The notes beneath the pieces are model-generated. The model had not been told where the DNA came from, ran no database searches, and saw only the letters and a program-made list of their open reading frames with translations. The translations under genes and the position numbers were made by a program. 64,000 bases of DNA. Source: an uncultured delta proteobacterium. GTDB taxonomy: Bacteria; Myxococcota_A; Polyangia; Polyangiales; Polyangiaceae. The stretch lies in contig CAWDXG010000001.1 of assembly GCA_963806225.1 (NCBI GenBank), forward strand, positions 384,001 through 448,000, given 5' to 3'. Of this stretch, positions 13,001 to 23,046 are shown piece after piece. Every line of letters starts with the position of its first letter. Position 1 is the stretch's first letter.

Positions 13001-13982
13001 GTCGCACGCACTTCTGGCCAGCCGCTGCACGAAAGCCGGCTGCGATCCGCTGTCCGTGCCGGACGGTCTGGAGGGTGTCGCGACCCGCGGCGGCATCGCG
13101 CTGGCGGCGCACCCCGTGGCGGGCGGGCAGGAGCTGGTGCTTGCGGTGGCCTCGCCGCTACGCATCTACCGTCAACGTCCCGGCACGGCTCTGTTCTCCC
13201 CGGTCGCGGTGAGCGGCGCGCCCGAGCTCTTCCACGATAGCGCGCTGTCGCTGTCATTCGAGAAGGACGGCACGCTGCTCATGACCTACGAGCGCAATGG
13301 CTACGCCGGCGCCGCCGTGAGCGGTATCGCGGAGACCTATCCCGGTAGCTTCGACTTCATCCCCCAGTGGAAGGACTACTTCCACAACGTTTGGGCCGCG
13401 ACGCGCCCCTACCAGCGGAGCGGCGATCGCCCCGGCGCCATCCCCGCGCTCGTTCGAGGCGATCCGGCCCAGACCACCAGACTGGCTGGCCGTGTCCGCG
13501 CCGTCTACCCCACCAAGAACTCGATCATCTTCCTGACCAACGCCGACGGCATCCCCGACGCCGCGCAGTACGAATACGACGAACAGACCACGATCGCCTG
13601 GGGCGTGTGCGCTGCGGGGCAGGTGGCTGCCAAGTCCCAGGGGGTCACGCTGGCGCCGGACATCTTCGCCCGCAGCCAGTACCAGGGCGATCCGGAGCTT
13701 GACTGTCCGGGCGGCCTCTTCTGGGGCGCCGCAGCGCTCGCGGTCGACCCGCTCGTGTACTACCTGTCGAGGCTGGAGGCGGGGAGCGACCCGCGCGACG
13801 TGGCCCGCGCACTGGCTCCGATCGTGGAAAATCCGAGCCTGGTCCGGACCCGGCTGCCGGCGCAGAAGCAGGCTCCGCCGCCCGTGCTACGCGGAGCGCC
13901 GTGCAGTGCGGTCGGCGGAACCCTGGACCTGCCCCCGCCCCCGGATGCGTGGGCCTTCCGCGGCGCGCCGGCGGGCGGATGA
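10098..13982 (+). CDS. Large lipoprotein zinc metalloprotease (metzincin motif) with PPC-like and Ca-binding repeats
   Basis: Lipobox LSGC; DSDHDGLSD and DTDGDGLSD; HEMGHFLGLDH plus Met-turn SVMNY. Confidence 0.75.
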   Translation: MAFPRSALLSALLLALSGCSGDGHVGRNADTAQTHAALVSQLERDLEPRFGARLDAPGVHAFLSHFAEGLLADPTAKAAILARGFGSPHPPMHAMGLTAGSFVRDVAFGESAPWFHFAVTPGDSYRISTDQLSASCTAIGLSTADQADCQQAVDAGGPDTVVHVFAPDPAKPGLGTEIAVNDDCSSAPVGFPHASCASFSAGVSSTIAVAVHTGPLFDGLPRTSGRLLLHDATTGTDQSANFEMAGNLMIDLSAMPSGSHYDLDTALLLDPGNKANDGLGADATEIWLMDSGMHVVGGDAAERGAGAAARVVHAESAGAAWAMVRPWSFWKASDVLEPLVPAALSPRADGTKARDVGPGRYRAALDDWYDEDSDHDGLSDAIESELGLCDGLVASVPSSSPGVGFPCSTWSEVVAGTNTNDPRDTDGDGLSDYAEVLGSDRGGSSSDADQTFPLWGADPRHKDLFVEVDSFAKSCPDAGDPSRGVLRPALPTDTSRLGLRAPDDLFRFAEIFDGIRADAAGNPDGRAGIAVHFDAALEDRGAGCSTPPCYQRHRSRPGQSYYVRDFSPVSTDGSYPARSGLVIYDPDGSGSACSDTPAQTALSNAHKGAFAHYALKAYSAREGNSAFASLAGWAGLDGGTFAHEMGHFLGLDHGGPGGASPFAAPVGDRSSVTKINQFSVMNYVYQGGGNVDVGFSSGERALYPLPRPGSLDYPEQKPFGPLSADFLAADSLGAGSWGFLVSPAGVDFDFDGSVGASLVGPVEAGGRAGGSYYGHETRLAYEPRNVYYIDAASGTQLLHSTYQAGAPAATVAAGAVQIVYVANHDDPQSPGYSGLGALSVLRVRSIGPSAAAPCDGRFSSCATFDPASDEAPLVIDSVATDSIGELTQSMTTLPDGSVVYAFAASGLAVGDTAPPAWGPIHVAYRADGDLAQPLSSLGTLASAAHPAFSQVAVGADADGALVVGVDAASHALLASRCTKAGCDPLSVPDGLEGVATRGGIALAAHPVAGGQELVLAVASPLRIYRQRPGTALFSPVAVSGAPELFHDSALSLSFEKDGTLLMTYERNGYAGAAVSGIAETYPGSFDFIPQWKDYFHNVWAATRPYQRSGDRPGAIPALVRGDPAQTTRLAGRVRAVYPTKNSIIFLTNADGIPDAAQYEYDEQTTIAWGVCAAGQVAAKSQGVTLAPDIFARSQYQGDPELDCPGGLFWGAAALAVDPLVYYLSRLEAGSDPRDVARALAPIVENPSLVRTRLPAQKQAPPPVLRGAPCSAVGGTLDLPPPPDAWAFRGAPAGG

Positions 13983-15082
13983 GGACGCTTGCTCCGCTCG
14001 TGGTGGCCTGCGCGGCCGCGTTGCTGCTCGCGGCGTGCGGGCGCGACGAGGCATTCGGCGCCGCGGACGCGGGAGCCGACGCCGTGCCGCCGGATGCCGC
14101 AGCCGGCGACACGAGCGCGGGCGGCGCGTCGGGATGCTCGAGCGCCGGTTGCGGGTGCGACGTTCCCGACGCTGCGCCGCCGACCCCCCCGAGCTGCCAG
14201 GGCGATGACGCCGGCGCGCTCGCGAGCTGCGGTCCCGCGCAGGACGAGGACTGCTGTGCGAGCCCGCTTCTGCCGTGCGGCAGCTTCCGGCGCTTCTGGG
14301 ACGGCGTCACGCACCTGGACGACAAGCATCCCGCGTCGCTGAGCACGTTTCGGCTCGACAGGTTCGAGGTCAGCGTCGCGCGCTTCCGCGCTTTCGTCGA
14401 GGCGGGCGGAGGGACAGAGGTCGCGCCGCCGACGGCTGGAACGGGTGGCGAGCCGCAGCTCCCTTCGAGCGGCTGGCAGCCGGCGTGGGACGCGAAGCTA
14501 CCCGCCGACCGCGCCGCGCTGGAGGCGGCGCTCGATTGCGGCCCGCGAGCGAGCTGGACGCCGGCGCCGGCAGGCAACGAACAGCGCCCGATCTCGTGCG
14601 TGAGCTGGTACGAAGCCTTCGCCTTCTGCGCGTGGGACGGCGGCTGGCTGCCGACGGAAGCCCAGTGGCACTACGCCGCATCGGGGGGCGGCTACGAGTA
14701 TTCGTCGGGGGCGCCGGGCCCGGTCGACGGGCAGCGCGTCTTCCCGTGGTCACATCCGCCCACCTCGCAGGAGATCGACTCGAGCTATGCAGCCATCGAC
14801 GGCGCCGCGATGCTGTCGCCCGTCGGCGCCTACTCGCCGAAGGGTGATGCGCGTTGGGGGCAGGCGGACATGGTGGGCAACGTCCTCGAATGGGTGCTCG
14901 ACTGGTGGCCCAGCGGCGTTACACCTTGTCTGGACTGCGCGGAGCTGGACCGGACGCCGAGCGCCAAGCGCATCGCACGCGGAGGCAGCCTGGACGGCTT
15001 CCTTTTCAACGTGGAAAACGAGGGCGTCGATCCGGAGCGAAGGCTCGCCACGTCCGGGATCCGTTGCGCCCGGGCTCCCTGA
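13979..15082 (+). CDS. Formylglycine-generating-enzyme (SUMF1) domain lipoprotein
   Basis: Lipobox LAAC; FRLDRFEVSV, PISCVSWYEAFAFCAW, LPTEAQW, DMVGNVLEW, RGGS, GIRCAR; ATGA overlap with the upstream gene. Confidence 0.85.
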   Translation: MRTLAPLVVACAAALLLAACGRDEAFGAADAGADAVPPDAAAGDTSAGGASGCSSAGCGCDVPDAAPPTPPSCQGDDAGALASCGPAQDEDCCASPLLPCGSFRRFWDGVTHLDDKHPASLSTFRLDRFEVSVARFRAFVEAGGGTEVAPPTAGTGGEPQLPSSGWQPAWDAKLPADRAALEAALDCGPRASWTPAPAGNEQRPISCVSWYEAFAFCAWDGGWLPTEAQWHYAASGGGYEYSSGAPGPVDGQRVFPWSHPPTSQEIDSSYAAIDGAAMLSPVGAYSPKGDARWGQADMVGNVLEWVLDWWPSGVTPCLDCAELDRTPSAKRIARGGSLDGFLFNVENEGVDPERRLATSGIRCARAP

Positions 15083-15128
15083 GGGTCCCTCGACGACTGC
15101 CGGGCGATGATGTAGAAGCGCTTCTCGC

Positions 15129-15941
15129 ATGGGTCCGGGCATCGGTGAAGTGGCGCTTCTTGGCGCGCTCCAGGGGGTGTCGGAGTTCCTGCCGATCTCG
15201 AGCTCGGGTCACCTGGCGCTCGCAGAGCTCCTGTTCGATGTCACGTCCGCCGGGCTGGTCCTGAACACCATGCTCCACGTCGGGACGCTGCTCGCCACCC
15301 TCGTCGTCCTCAGGCAGCGCGTCGGGCTGGCTGTTTCCGGGGGAGCCAGGGGCCTGGTCCATCCGTCGCAGTTCCGCTCGACCGCCGGTGGTCGTGACGC
15401 GCTGGTCGTCCTCGTCGCATCGTTGCCGACGGCGCTCATCGGCCTTGGTCTCGAGCACACGGTGGCGCGCTGGACAACCTCGCCGCTCGCCGTGGGGCTC
15501 GGGTTCGTGGCTACCGCTGCGATTCTGGTCTCCACGCGTTGGGTCCGGACGGGCAAGCACGAGGTCCCCACGCTCGCGGGAGCCCTCCTCATCGGCGTCG
15601 TGCAGGGCCTGGCTGTCGTGCCGGGCATATCGCGCAGCGGCTCGACCATCGCGATGGCGCTCTGGCTCGGCGTCCGACCAGATCGCGCGTTCGAGCTCAG
15701 CATGCTGCTCTCCGTTCCGGCTGTGCTCGGAGCCGCGTTGCTCGAGGCGCGGCACATCCACCCCGGCGCTGATCCGGTCTTTGTCGCCGTCTGCGGCGCG
15801 GCTGTGGCTTTTGCCTTCGGAGTGGTCGCGCTGCTGGTGCTCAGGCGGGTGGTCGTGCGCGGGCACTTCTCGCTGTTCGCGCTGTGGGTGCTGCCGGTCG
15901 CGATCGCCACGTTGGCGATGGCCAAGGCCTGGCCGGCCTGA
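15129..15941 (+). CDS. uppP: Undecaprenyl-diphosphate phosphatase
   Basis: QGVSEFLPISSSGHL and PGISRSGSTI motifs. Confidence 0.95.
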   Translation: MGPGIGEVALLGALQGVSEFLPISSSGHLALAELLFDVTSAGLVLNTMLHVGTLLATLVVLRQRVGLAVSGGARGLVHPSQFRSTAGGRDALVVLVASLPTALIGLGLEHTVARWTTSPLAVGLGFVATAAILVSTRWVRTGKHEVPTLAGALLIGVVQGLAVVPGISRSGSTIAMALWLGVRPDRAFELSMLLSVPAVLGAALLEARHIHPGADPVFVAVCGAAVAFAFGVVALLVLRRVVVRGHFSLFALWVLPVAIATLAMAKAWPA

Positions 15942-16013
15942 GCCCCGGTCGGAGCGGAGCGGGGGCTAGGGGGCTGCTTCCGCCCTTGCTTTTGGCCGCC
16001 GAGCGCGTGTTCA

Positions 16014-17114
16014 ATGGCGCCGATGCTGGATGTGTACGCGGTCATTCTCGCGGGGGGGAGTGGCACTCGCTTCTGGCCGGCGTCGCGCCGCCTGAACCCG
16101 AAGCAACTTCTTCCCATCGGGCCCGACTCCGACCAGAGCCTGATCGCTGCGACGGTGCGGCGCATCGAGCCGTTGTGCCCCGCCGAGCGCACACTGGTCG
16201 CGACGGGCGCGCACCTGCTCGAAGCGACGCGGCGGGCGCTGCCGTGGCTGCCGGACAGCTCGTTCCTCGGCGAGCCGGTGGCGCGCAACACGGCGCCCTG
16301 CATCGGCTGGGCCACAGCTGTGGCCCGGCGGCGCAGCCCCGATGCGATCGTCATGGTGCTCCCGAGCGACCACCACATCGGCGACGAGCCGGCGTTCCGC
16401 GCTGCGCTCGAGCGCGCGCTCGTGTCCGCCGAGGCTGGCGCGATTACCACCATCGGCATCGAGCCGACGCGCCCGGAGACGGGTTTCGGGTACATCGAAG
16501 CCGGCGACAGCGTGGGCGACGGCGTGCGTCGCGTGGTGCGCTTCGTGGAAAAGCCCGATCGGCAGCGCGCCGAGGAGTACCTGGAGAGCGGTCGCTACTT
16601 CTGGAACAGCGGCATGTTCTTCTTCCGCGCGTCGACCATGCTGGAAGCTATTGCGCGGCACATGCCCGGGTTGTCTGCGGGGATCGCGCGCATCGAGGCA
16701 GCGTCAGCGCGGGGTGCCGACGCGGAGGAGGCCGAGACGCACGCAGTGTTCGAGGCCGCCGAGGCGACCAGCATCGACTACGGAATCATGGAGAAGGAGT
16801 CCGGCCTGAACGTGGTGCCGGCCAGCTTCGGCTGGAGCGACCTGGGCAGCTGGCAGAGCGCGTGGGAGCTGTCGGACAAGGATGCCGACGGCAATGCGGC
16901 GCCTGCGAACGCGGTGCTGGAGGATGCGCGGGGCAACCTGGTCCGGGATCTGGGAACCCACGCCAGGAATCGCGTGGTGGCGCTGGTGGGCGTACAGGAT
17001 CTATGCGTGATCGAGACCGACGACGCGCTGCTCGTGATCCCGCGCGAGCGGGCGCAGGATGTGCGGAACGTGGTGCAGGCGCTCCAGCAGCGCGGGAAGA
17101 CGGACAAGCTGTGA
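16014..17114 (+). CDS. manC: Mannose-1-phosphate guanylyltransferase
   Basis: ILAGGSGTRFWPASR..PKQ, EPVARNTAP, FVEKP, WNSGMF, SIDYGIME, WSDLGSW. Confidence 0.92.
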   Translation: MAPMLDVYAVILAGGSGTRFWPASRRLNPKQLLPIGPDSDQSLIAATVRRIEPLCPAERTLVATGAHLLEATRRALPWLPDSSFLGEPVARNTAPCIGWATAVARRRSPDAIVMVLPSDHHIGDEPAFRAALERALVSAEAGAITTIGIEPTRPETGFGYIEAGDSVGDGVRRVVRFVEKPDRQRAEEYLESGRYFWNSGMFFFRASTMLEAIARHMPGLSAGIARIEAASARGADAEEAETHAVFEAAEATSIDYGIMEKESGLNVVPASFGWSDLGSWQSAWELSDKDADGNAAPANAVLEDARGNLVRDLGTHARNRVVALVGVQDLCVIETDDALLVIPRERAQDVRNVVQALQQRGKTDKL

Positions 17115-17563
17115 ACCGGCCCTCGCTGCTCCGTGCGGCCTGGGTGCTTCCGCTTGCCATTGCGCTGGCACTGGGCGGCTCGGGCTGCGCGCGGCGCAAG
17201 CGCATCCTCGAGTGCAACCGCTTCATCGAAAAGGTGAACGGGTCGCTGGGCGAGATCAACAAGTACACGAATACCCCGGTCGACGACCCCAAGCTCGCCG
17301 GCAACATGCGTACCTTGTCGAAGTTGTTCGAGCAGCTTGCCAAGGACATCGACGCGATGCAGATCACGGCGCCGGAGCTCGCGCCGGAGACGAAGCGCTA
17401 CCGCGACATGTGCGAGCACAGCGCCACTGCAGCTCGTCATCTGGCCGACGCTGTCTCGAAGGACGACGTGAAGGAGGCCAAGGCGGCCGACAAGGAGTTC
17501 AAGAGCGTCGTGAAGGACGAGAGCGACCTCATCCGGAAGATCAACGCAGTCTGCAGCCGCTGA
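17111..17563 (+). CDS. Hypothetical helical lipoprotein
   Basis: GTG overlapping the manC stop, hydrophobic signal ending GSGC, coding-like GC3. Confidence 0.7.
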   Translation: MNRPSLLRAAWVLPLAIALALGGSGCARRKRILECNRFIEKVNGSLGEINKYTNTPVDDPKLAGNMRTLSKLFEQLAKDIDAMQITAPELAPETKRYRDMCEHSATAARHLADAVSKDDVKEAKAADKEFKSVVKDESDLIRKINAVCSR

Positions 17564-17574
17564 AGCCGGGCGAG

Positions 17575-19278
17575 CTACGACAAGAGGCCCTGCTCCTCGA
17601 ACACCCGACGTAGGTACGAAAGCGGCATGTTGCCCGAGCCCATGTAGAGGGCGTGGAAGCGGCGGTCCAGTTCCAGCCCTTCCAGCTTGCCCGACTGGGC
17701 GCGCTCGAGGTCGCTCTTCAGGTCGCGGACCATGCGATTGCCGGCGAGGTAGCTCAGCGGGTAGCCGCGCTCCTGCGAGTACCAGTTGAGCTCGGCGCGA
17801 ACCCGCCCCGCCACGAAGCCCGTCACGGCCGTCAGCAGGTTTCCCGCTGCCTCGAACGGATCTTCCGGGGTGGTGTCGCAGTCGATGCCGACCTCGAGAT
17901 TTCCGCGCTCGCCGGTCATGAAGAACAGGTCGATCGCAACACGCGCGCCGATGCGGGCGATGTCGCGCTTGCCGATGAAGCGCGCCTCGTCCGTCAGCTC
18001 TCCCATGTACCCGATGTCGAGCATGTAGTCCTCGAGCATCGTGGTCCAGCCCTCGGCATGGTCCATGGCGTCGAAGTGGCGCCGTACCACGGAGGGATGC
18101 GTGGCTGCCGTGGCCAGCTGCAGATGATGCCCGGGGATCCCCTCGTGGATCATCATGCTGGGGATGCTGAGCTCGGTATGCTCGTCCAGCAGTTCCTCCG
18201 ACAGCGTGAGATACACCAGGCTCCGCTTGGTGCCGCCGCGGAAGGGTGCGGGCGAGACCATCGCGCCGGCGGGAATGGACGGTTCGAGGAAGCGGGGCGT
18301 CTGCAGGATGCGGATATCCTGATCTGCCAGCACGGGGAACAGCGACCGCTCGTGGATGAAAGCGAGGATCGTCTCGCGCTCGCGCTGGTAGCGATCCAGC
18401 ACGCTCGCAAGACGCCCGCCTTCGAGCTCGACCGCGAAGCGCTTGTTCAGGTAGCTCTCGAGCGCTTCGATCGAGATGTCCGCGGGCTGGCCGTAGCGTC
18501 TCGCGAGCCGGGCCCGGAGCGTCTCCAGGGTTTCGTAGGTTTCCGCCAGGAAGGACTTCGCGATGTCGTGGAGCTCCTCCAGCGACCTGTCGATGCCGCG
18601 CATCCGCACGATCTCGCGCGCGATAGCATCGCCGACGTGGAGATTTCGCGTGGTGGGCAGCTGCTTCAGCCGCTCCAGGTAGCTCTGGAGCGCCGACTCG
18701 GCGCGCTGGCGCGCGCTGACGAGCCGAGGCGCGTCTGGAAAGCCCTCCTCTTCCGCCCACTTTTCTGCCGTCGAGAACAGCTGCGTCAGCCCTTCCACTT
18801 TCTCAACGTCCATCTCCACCCAGCGCTCGAGCGGGGTGTCCAGCCGATCGAGCAGCGCCTCCACGTAGTCGGGCACCTGCTCCAGCCGCGTGGTGATGTC
18901 GCGCAGGCGCACGGCGGCGGGGCGCGGGTCGTTGATGAACAGCATGAACACGCCGTCGCCGATATCGTCGCCGGCGCTCGGCATCTGCGCTAGCCGGGTC
19001 CGGTCGTTGAAGCGGTAGCTGTCTTGGTGGACTTCGGCGTCGAGCATCAGCCGGGCCAGGTCGAGGTCCAGGCGTTCATCGAACGACAGACCGTCACGTG
19101 GCAGGCGAGCGAGCTCGCTCGCCAGCTCCCGGGCTTCGGTGAGCCGGAGGTCGATCTCGCGCGAGGATGGATCGGGTAGGGCGCCGAGATCCCGCTCGAC
19201 GCCGAGCACGACCCGCCGGTTCGGGTTGCGGATGAAATGCGCGTGGAAGCGCTCGACAAATGCCTCGTACGGTCGCAT
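17575..19278 (-). CDS. DUF885 family protein (putative metallopeptidase fold)
   Basis: HEGIPGHHLQ, EGW, YPLSYLAG motifs. Confidence 0.85.
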   Translation of the reverse strand: MRPYEAFVERFHAHFIRNPNRRVVLGVERDLGALPDPSSREIDLRLTEARELASELARLPRDGLSFDERLDLDLARLMLDAEVHQDSYRFNDRTRLAQMPSAGDDIGDGVFMLFINDPRPAAVRLRDITTRLEQVPDYVEALLDRLDTPLERWVEMDVEKVEGLTQLFSTAEKWAEEEGFPDAPRLVSARQRAESALQSYLERLKQLPTTRNLHVGDAIAREIVRMRGIDRSLEELHDIAKSFLAETYETLETLRARLARRYGQPADISIEALESYLNKRFAVELEGGRLASVLDRYQRERETILAFIHERSLFPVLADQDIRILQTPRFLEPSIPAGAMVSPAPFRGGTKRSLVYLTLSEELLDEHTELSIPSMMIHEGIPGHHLQLATAATHPSVVRRHFDAMDHAEGWTTMLEDYMLDIGYMGELTDEARFIGKRDIARIGARVAIDLFFMTGERGNLEVGIDCDTTPEDPFEAAGNLLTAVTGFVAGRVRAELNWYSQERGYPLSYLAGNRMVRDLKSDLERAQSGKLEGLELDRRFHALYMGSGNMPLSYLRRVFEEQGLLS

Positions 19279-19359
19279 CGCGCGGGGAAGCCTAGCAGGC
19301 TATTGTTGGGCGCGGATGGTTGGCGGCGATTTCCCGGGTCGGCGCGCTGGAGGATTTTC

Positions 19360-20769
19360 ATGAGCGAGCTCCTCGAAATGACATTGATCGAGCTTTCGGA
19401 CGCTCTGCGAGAACGCTGGGCGTCGCCCGTCGAGCTGATGGAGGCGACACTCCAGCGCATCGAGGCGACCTCCGAACAGTTGAACGCGGTGGTGGCCCTG
19501 CGCGAGCGCTACGCTCTGGTCGCCGAGGCGAGCGAGGCCGAAAGGCGCCTGGCACGCGGCGAGGCGCGTCCGCTGGAGGGGATACCGCTGGGCGTCAAGG
19601 ATCTGGAGGACGCCGAAGGGCTCATCACGTCGCACGGCTCGATTCCGTTTTCGAACAACCGCGCGCTTCACGACTCGACCCAGGTCGCGCGGCTGCGCGC
19701 CGCCGGCGCGATCGTTGTCGGCAAGACCAACGCTCCCGAGTTCGGGTACACGGCGATCACGAAGAATCTGGTTCACGGGGTGACGCGTTCGCCCTGGGAT
19801 GCCGAGCGGACCCCAGGAGGTTCGAGCGGCGGATCGGCGGCGGCGCTGGCCGGCGAGGTGCTGCCGCTGGTCACTGCGAGCGACGGCGGCGGATCCATCC
19901 GCATCCCGGCGAGCTTCACGGGCGCCTTCGGGCTCAAGACTTCTTTCGGCCGGGTGCCACGTGGTCCTTTCGAGTTCTGGGACCACGGCATGACCGCTGT
20001 CTACGGCCCGCTCACCAAGACGGTGGAGGACGCTGCGCTGGTGCTGGACCAGGTAGTTGGCCACGACGAACGCGACCCCGCGAGCCTGCCGCACCCCGGG
20101 TTTTCCTATCTCGAGCGCGTGCGACAGCCGCTTCCGGATAGGCTCAAGATCGGCTACTCGCCCGACCTCGGCTTCGCGGTGGTGCAATCGGACATCGCCG
20201 AGGCCGTGGCGGACGCGGCGGCCGTGTTCGAGCAGTTGGGCCACGAGGTCCGCGGGATCAGGAGTGGACCGCCCGACCTCTCCGTCCAGTGGGGGATCCT
20301 GGGCGCCTTCGAGCTGTCGTCGCACGTTGCGTCGCTCCTGCCCGAACGCGAGAAGGACTTCAGCCGCAGCCTGGTGGAGGGCATGCGCATGGCCGCCGGT
20401 GTTACGCCGCAGTGGTGGGGCGAGATGGCCCGGGCGCGGGCCGAGCTCTGCGAGTGGTGCGCGCGGACCTTCGAGGACTACGACCTCCTGCTCACGCCGA
20501 CGGTGCCGTTCAATCCGCCGCCCGCCAAGGGTCCGTTCCCGGACGAGACGGAAGGGCGTCCGCAGCGCATGGCCGCTGTGGCGTCGTTCACCATCCCGTT
20601 CAATCTCGGCTGGAACCCGGCCGCCACGGTGCGCGCCGGCCTCTCCCGCGCCGGAATGCCAATCGGGCTGCAGATCGTCGGGCACCAGCAGCAGGACGAG
20701 CTGGTGCTGCAGGCGGCGCGCGCGTTCGAGCGCGAGCGCCCCTGGCACCCGCACTGGCCGTTGCGCTAG
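19360..20769 (+). CDS. Amidase signature family enzyme
   Basis: [43 protein letters not shown] before ATG 19360. Confidence 0.92.
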   Translation: MSELLEMTLIELSDALRERWASPVELMEATLQRIEATSEQLNAVVALRERYALVAEASEAERRLARGEARPLEGIPLGVKDLEDAEGLITSHGSIPFSNNRALHDSTQVARLRAAGAIVVGKTNAPEFGYTAITKNLVHGVTRSPWDAERTPGGSSGGSAAALAGEVLPLVTASDGGGSIRIPASFTGAFGLKTSFGRVPRGPFEFWDHGMTAVYGPLTKTVEDAALVLDQVVGHDERDPASLPHPGFSYLERVRQPLPDRLKIGYSPDLGFAVVQSDIAEAVADAAAVFEQLGHEVRGIRSGPPDLSVQWGILGAFELSSHVASLLPEREKDFSRSLVEGMRMAAGVTPQWWGEMARARAELCEWCARTFEDYDLLLTPTVPFNPPPAKGPFPDETEGRPQRMAAVASFTIPFNLGWNPAATVRAGLSRAGMPIGLQIVGHQQQDELVLQAARAFERERPWHPHWPLR

Positions 20770-22881
20770 CGCCGTCGACGGCTGCCGGTCGAGGCGCGGC
20801 CGCGGCGCTTCGGCCCAGGGCGCGTGCTGCCGCCGCGGACCGGAGCGCCGTTCCCCGCGGCGGCGGCCGGTCCGGCGCCGGCCTGCAGCCGATGCAGCTC
20901 GTCGCGGAGCCGCGCGGCGGTTTCGAACTGCAGGGCCTCCGCGGCGGCGAACATCTGCTGTCGGAGCGCTTCGATCTGATCGACGAGATCGGCCTCGCTA
21001 GGCGCGCCCTTCCCAGCGCCGGCCTTGCCTCCCTCCCGTCCCAGCGCCACGCGCGGCACGGCGTAGTAGTCGCTTGTTCCGCTGGCCGGGTTGATGTCGA
21101 GGATGGCGCGCTTGATCGTCTCCGGCGTGATCCCGTGCTCCTCGTTGAACGCGATCTGGATCGCGCGGCGGCGGTCCGTCTCGCCGATGGCGGTCTTCAT
21201 TGCGGGCGTGATGCGGTCGCCGTACATCAGCACCTGGCCGTGCGCATTGCGCGCGGCGCGCCCGATGGTCTGGATGAGCGAGCGGGGACTTCTGAGGAAG
21301 CCCTCCTTGTCGGCGTCGAGGATCGCCACCAGGCTCACCTCGGGCAGATCGAGCCCCTCGCGCAGCAGGTTGATGCCGATCAGCACGTCGTATTCACCGG
21401 CGCGCAGATCGCGCAGGAGCTCCATGCGCTCCAGCGTGTCGATGTCGGAGTGGAGGTAGCGCACCCGTACGCCGAGCTCGGCATAGTACTCGGTGAGATC
21501 CTCGGACATGCGTTTGGTGAGCGTGGTCACCAGGACGCGCTCGTTCACTTCGACGCGCTTCCTGATCTCGCCCAGCAGGTCATCGACCTGGCCTTCGACT
21601 CCCCGGACGATGATCTCCGGATCGATGAGCCCGGTCGGGCGGATCAGCTGCTCGACGACCTCGCCGGCGCTCTGCTCGAGCTCGTAGTCGCCGGGCGTCG
21701 CCGACACGAAGACGACGTGCCGCATGTAGTTCCGGAATTCCTCGAACTTCAGCGGGCGGTTGTCGAGCGCGCTCGGCAGCCGGAAGCCGAATTCGACGAG
21801 CGTTTCCTTCCGCGAGCAATCGCCGCGGTACATCGCACCGATCTGCGGCACCGTCTGGTGCGACTCGTCCAGGATGAGCAGGAAGTCCTCGGGGAAGTAG
21901 TCGATCAGCGTCGGCGGCGGCTCGCCGGCCTTCCGCTTCGACAGGTGCCGCGAGTAGTTCTCGATACCCTGGACGAAGCCCATCTGCTCGAGCATCTCGA
22001 GATCGTAGGAGGTCCGTTGCGAGAGCCGCTGCTTCTCGAGAAAGCGCCCCTGCTTGTCGAAGTAGTCCAGCCGGTCGCGGAGCTCTTCGCGGATGGCGTC
22101 GATCGCGTGCTGTAGCTGTTGGCGGGGAGTGACGTAGTGCGAGCCGGGAAACACGGAATAGCGATCGAGAGAGCCGAGCACGCGCCCGCGCACGGGGTCG
22201 ACCTCGCTGATGGCGTCCACCTCGTCGCCGAAGAACTCCACGCGGATTGCCAGACTCTCCTCGTAGGCCGGAAAGATCTCCACTACGTCGCCGCGCACCC
22301 GGAAAGTGCCGCGGTGGAAGTCGAACGTCGTTTCGCTCGTACTGGATGTCGACGAGCCTCCGCAGCAGGTTGTCGCGTCTGAGCTCCTCGCCCTTGACGA
22401 TCTCGATCAGAAGACCCTCGTACGTCTCCGCCGAACCGATGCCGTAGATACAACTCACGCTTGCCACGATGATCACGTCGGGCCGCGACAGGAGCGCGTG
22501 CGTTGCTGCGTGGCGCATCCGATCGATCTGGTCGTTGATGATCGCGTCCTTCTCGATGAAGGTGTCCGTGTTCGGGATGTACGCTTCGGGCTGGTAGTAG
22601 TCGTAGTAGCTGACGAAGTAGTGGACGGCACTTTCCGGGAAGATGTCCCGCATCTCGCCGTACAGCTGCGCCGCCAGGGTCTTGTTCGGCGCGATGATCA
22701 GCGTGGGGCGCTGGTAGTGCTGGATGACATTGGCGACGGTGAACGTCTTGCCGCTGCCGGTGATGCCGAGCAGGGTCTGGCAGCGCTGCCCCTCGTCGAG
22801 GCGAGCGCAGAGCGTCTCGATCGCGGTGGGCTGATCGCCTTTTGGCGTGAAATCGCTTCTGATTCTGAACGGAACCGGCAT
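20766..22881 (-). CDS. uvrB: Excinuclease ABC subunit B; +1 frameshift at about 22324
   Basis: [48 protein letters not shown] domain; removing one base at 22324/22325 restores [16 protein letters not shown]. Confidence 0.93.
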
Positions 22882-23046
22882 GACGGAATTTCACATCATT
22901 CGTCACGATGGGCCGCCTTACAAGCCCCGAAGCGCGGCGGGGGATTTGTCTGGCTTTCGCCGACGGGTGCTATTGAGGTGGCTGCCCCTCCAGGATAGGA
23001 AAATAAGTATGCCGGTCCACATGCCGGCCCGACGAGGAGCCAAGGC

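Noticed and set aside
13979..15082. Diversity-generating retroelement target (FGE/C-lectin fold)
   Set aside because: I saw no template repeat of its 3' end and no DGR-type RT; the only RT remnant is a group II intron ORF
20766..22881. uvrB pseudogene or programmed frameshift
   Set aside because: Single duplicated base, no slippery heptamer, both halves intact; same pattern as four other sites
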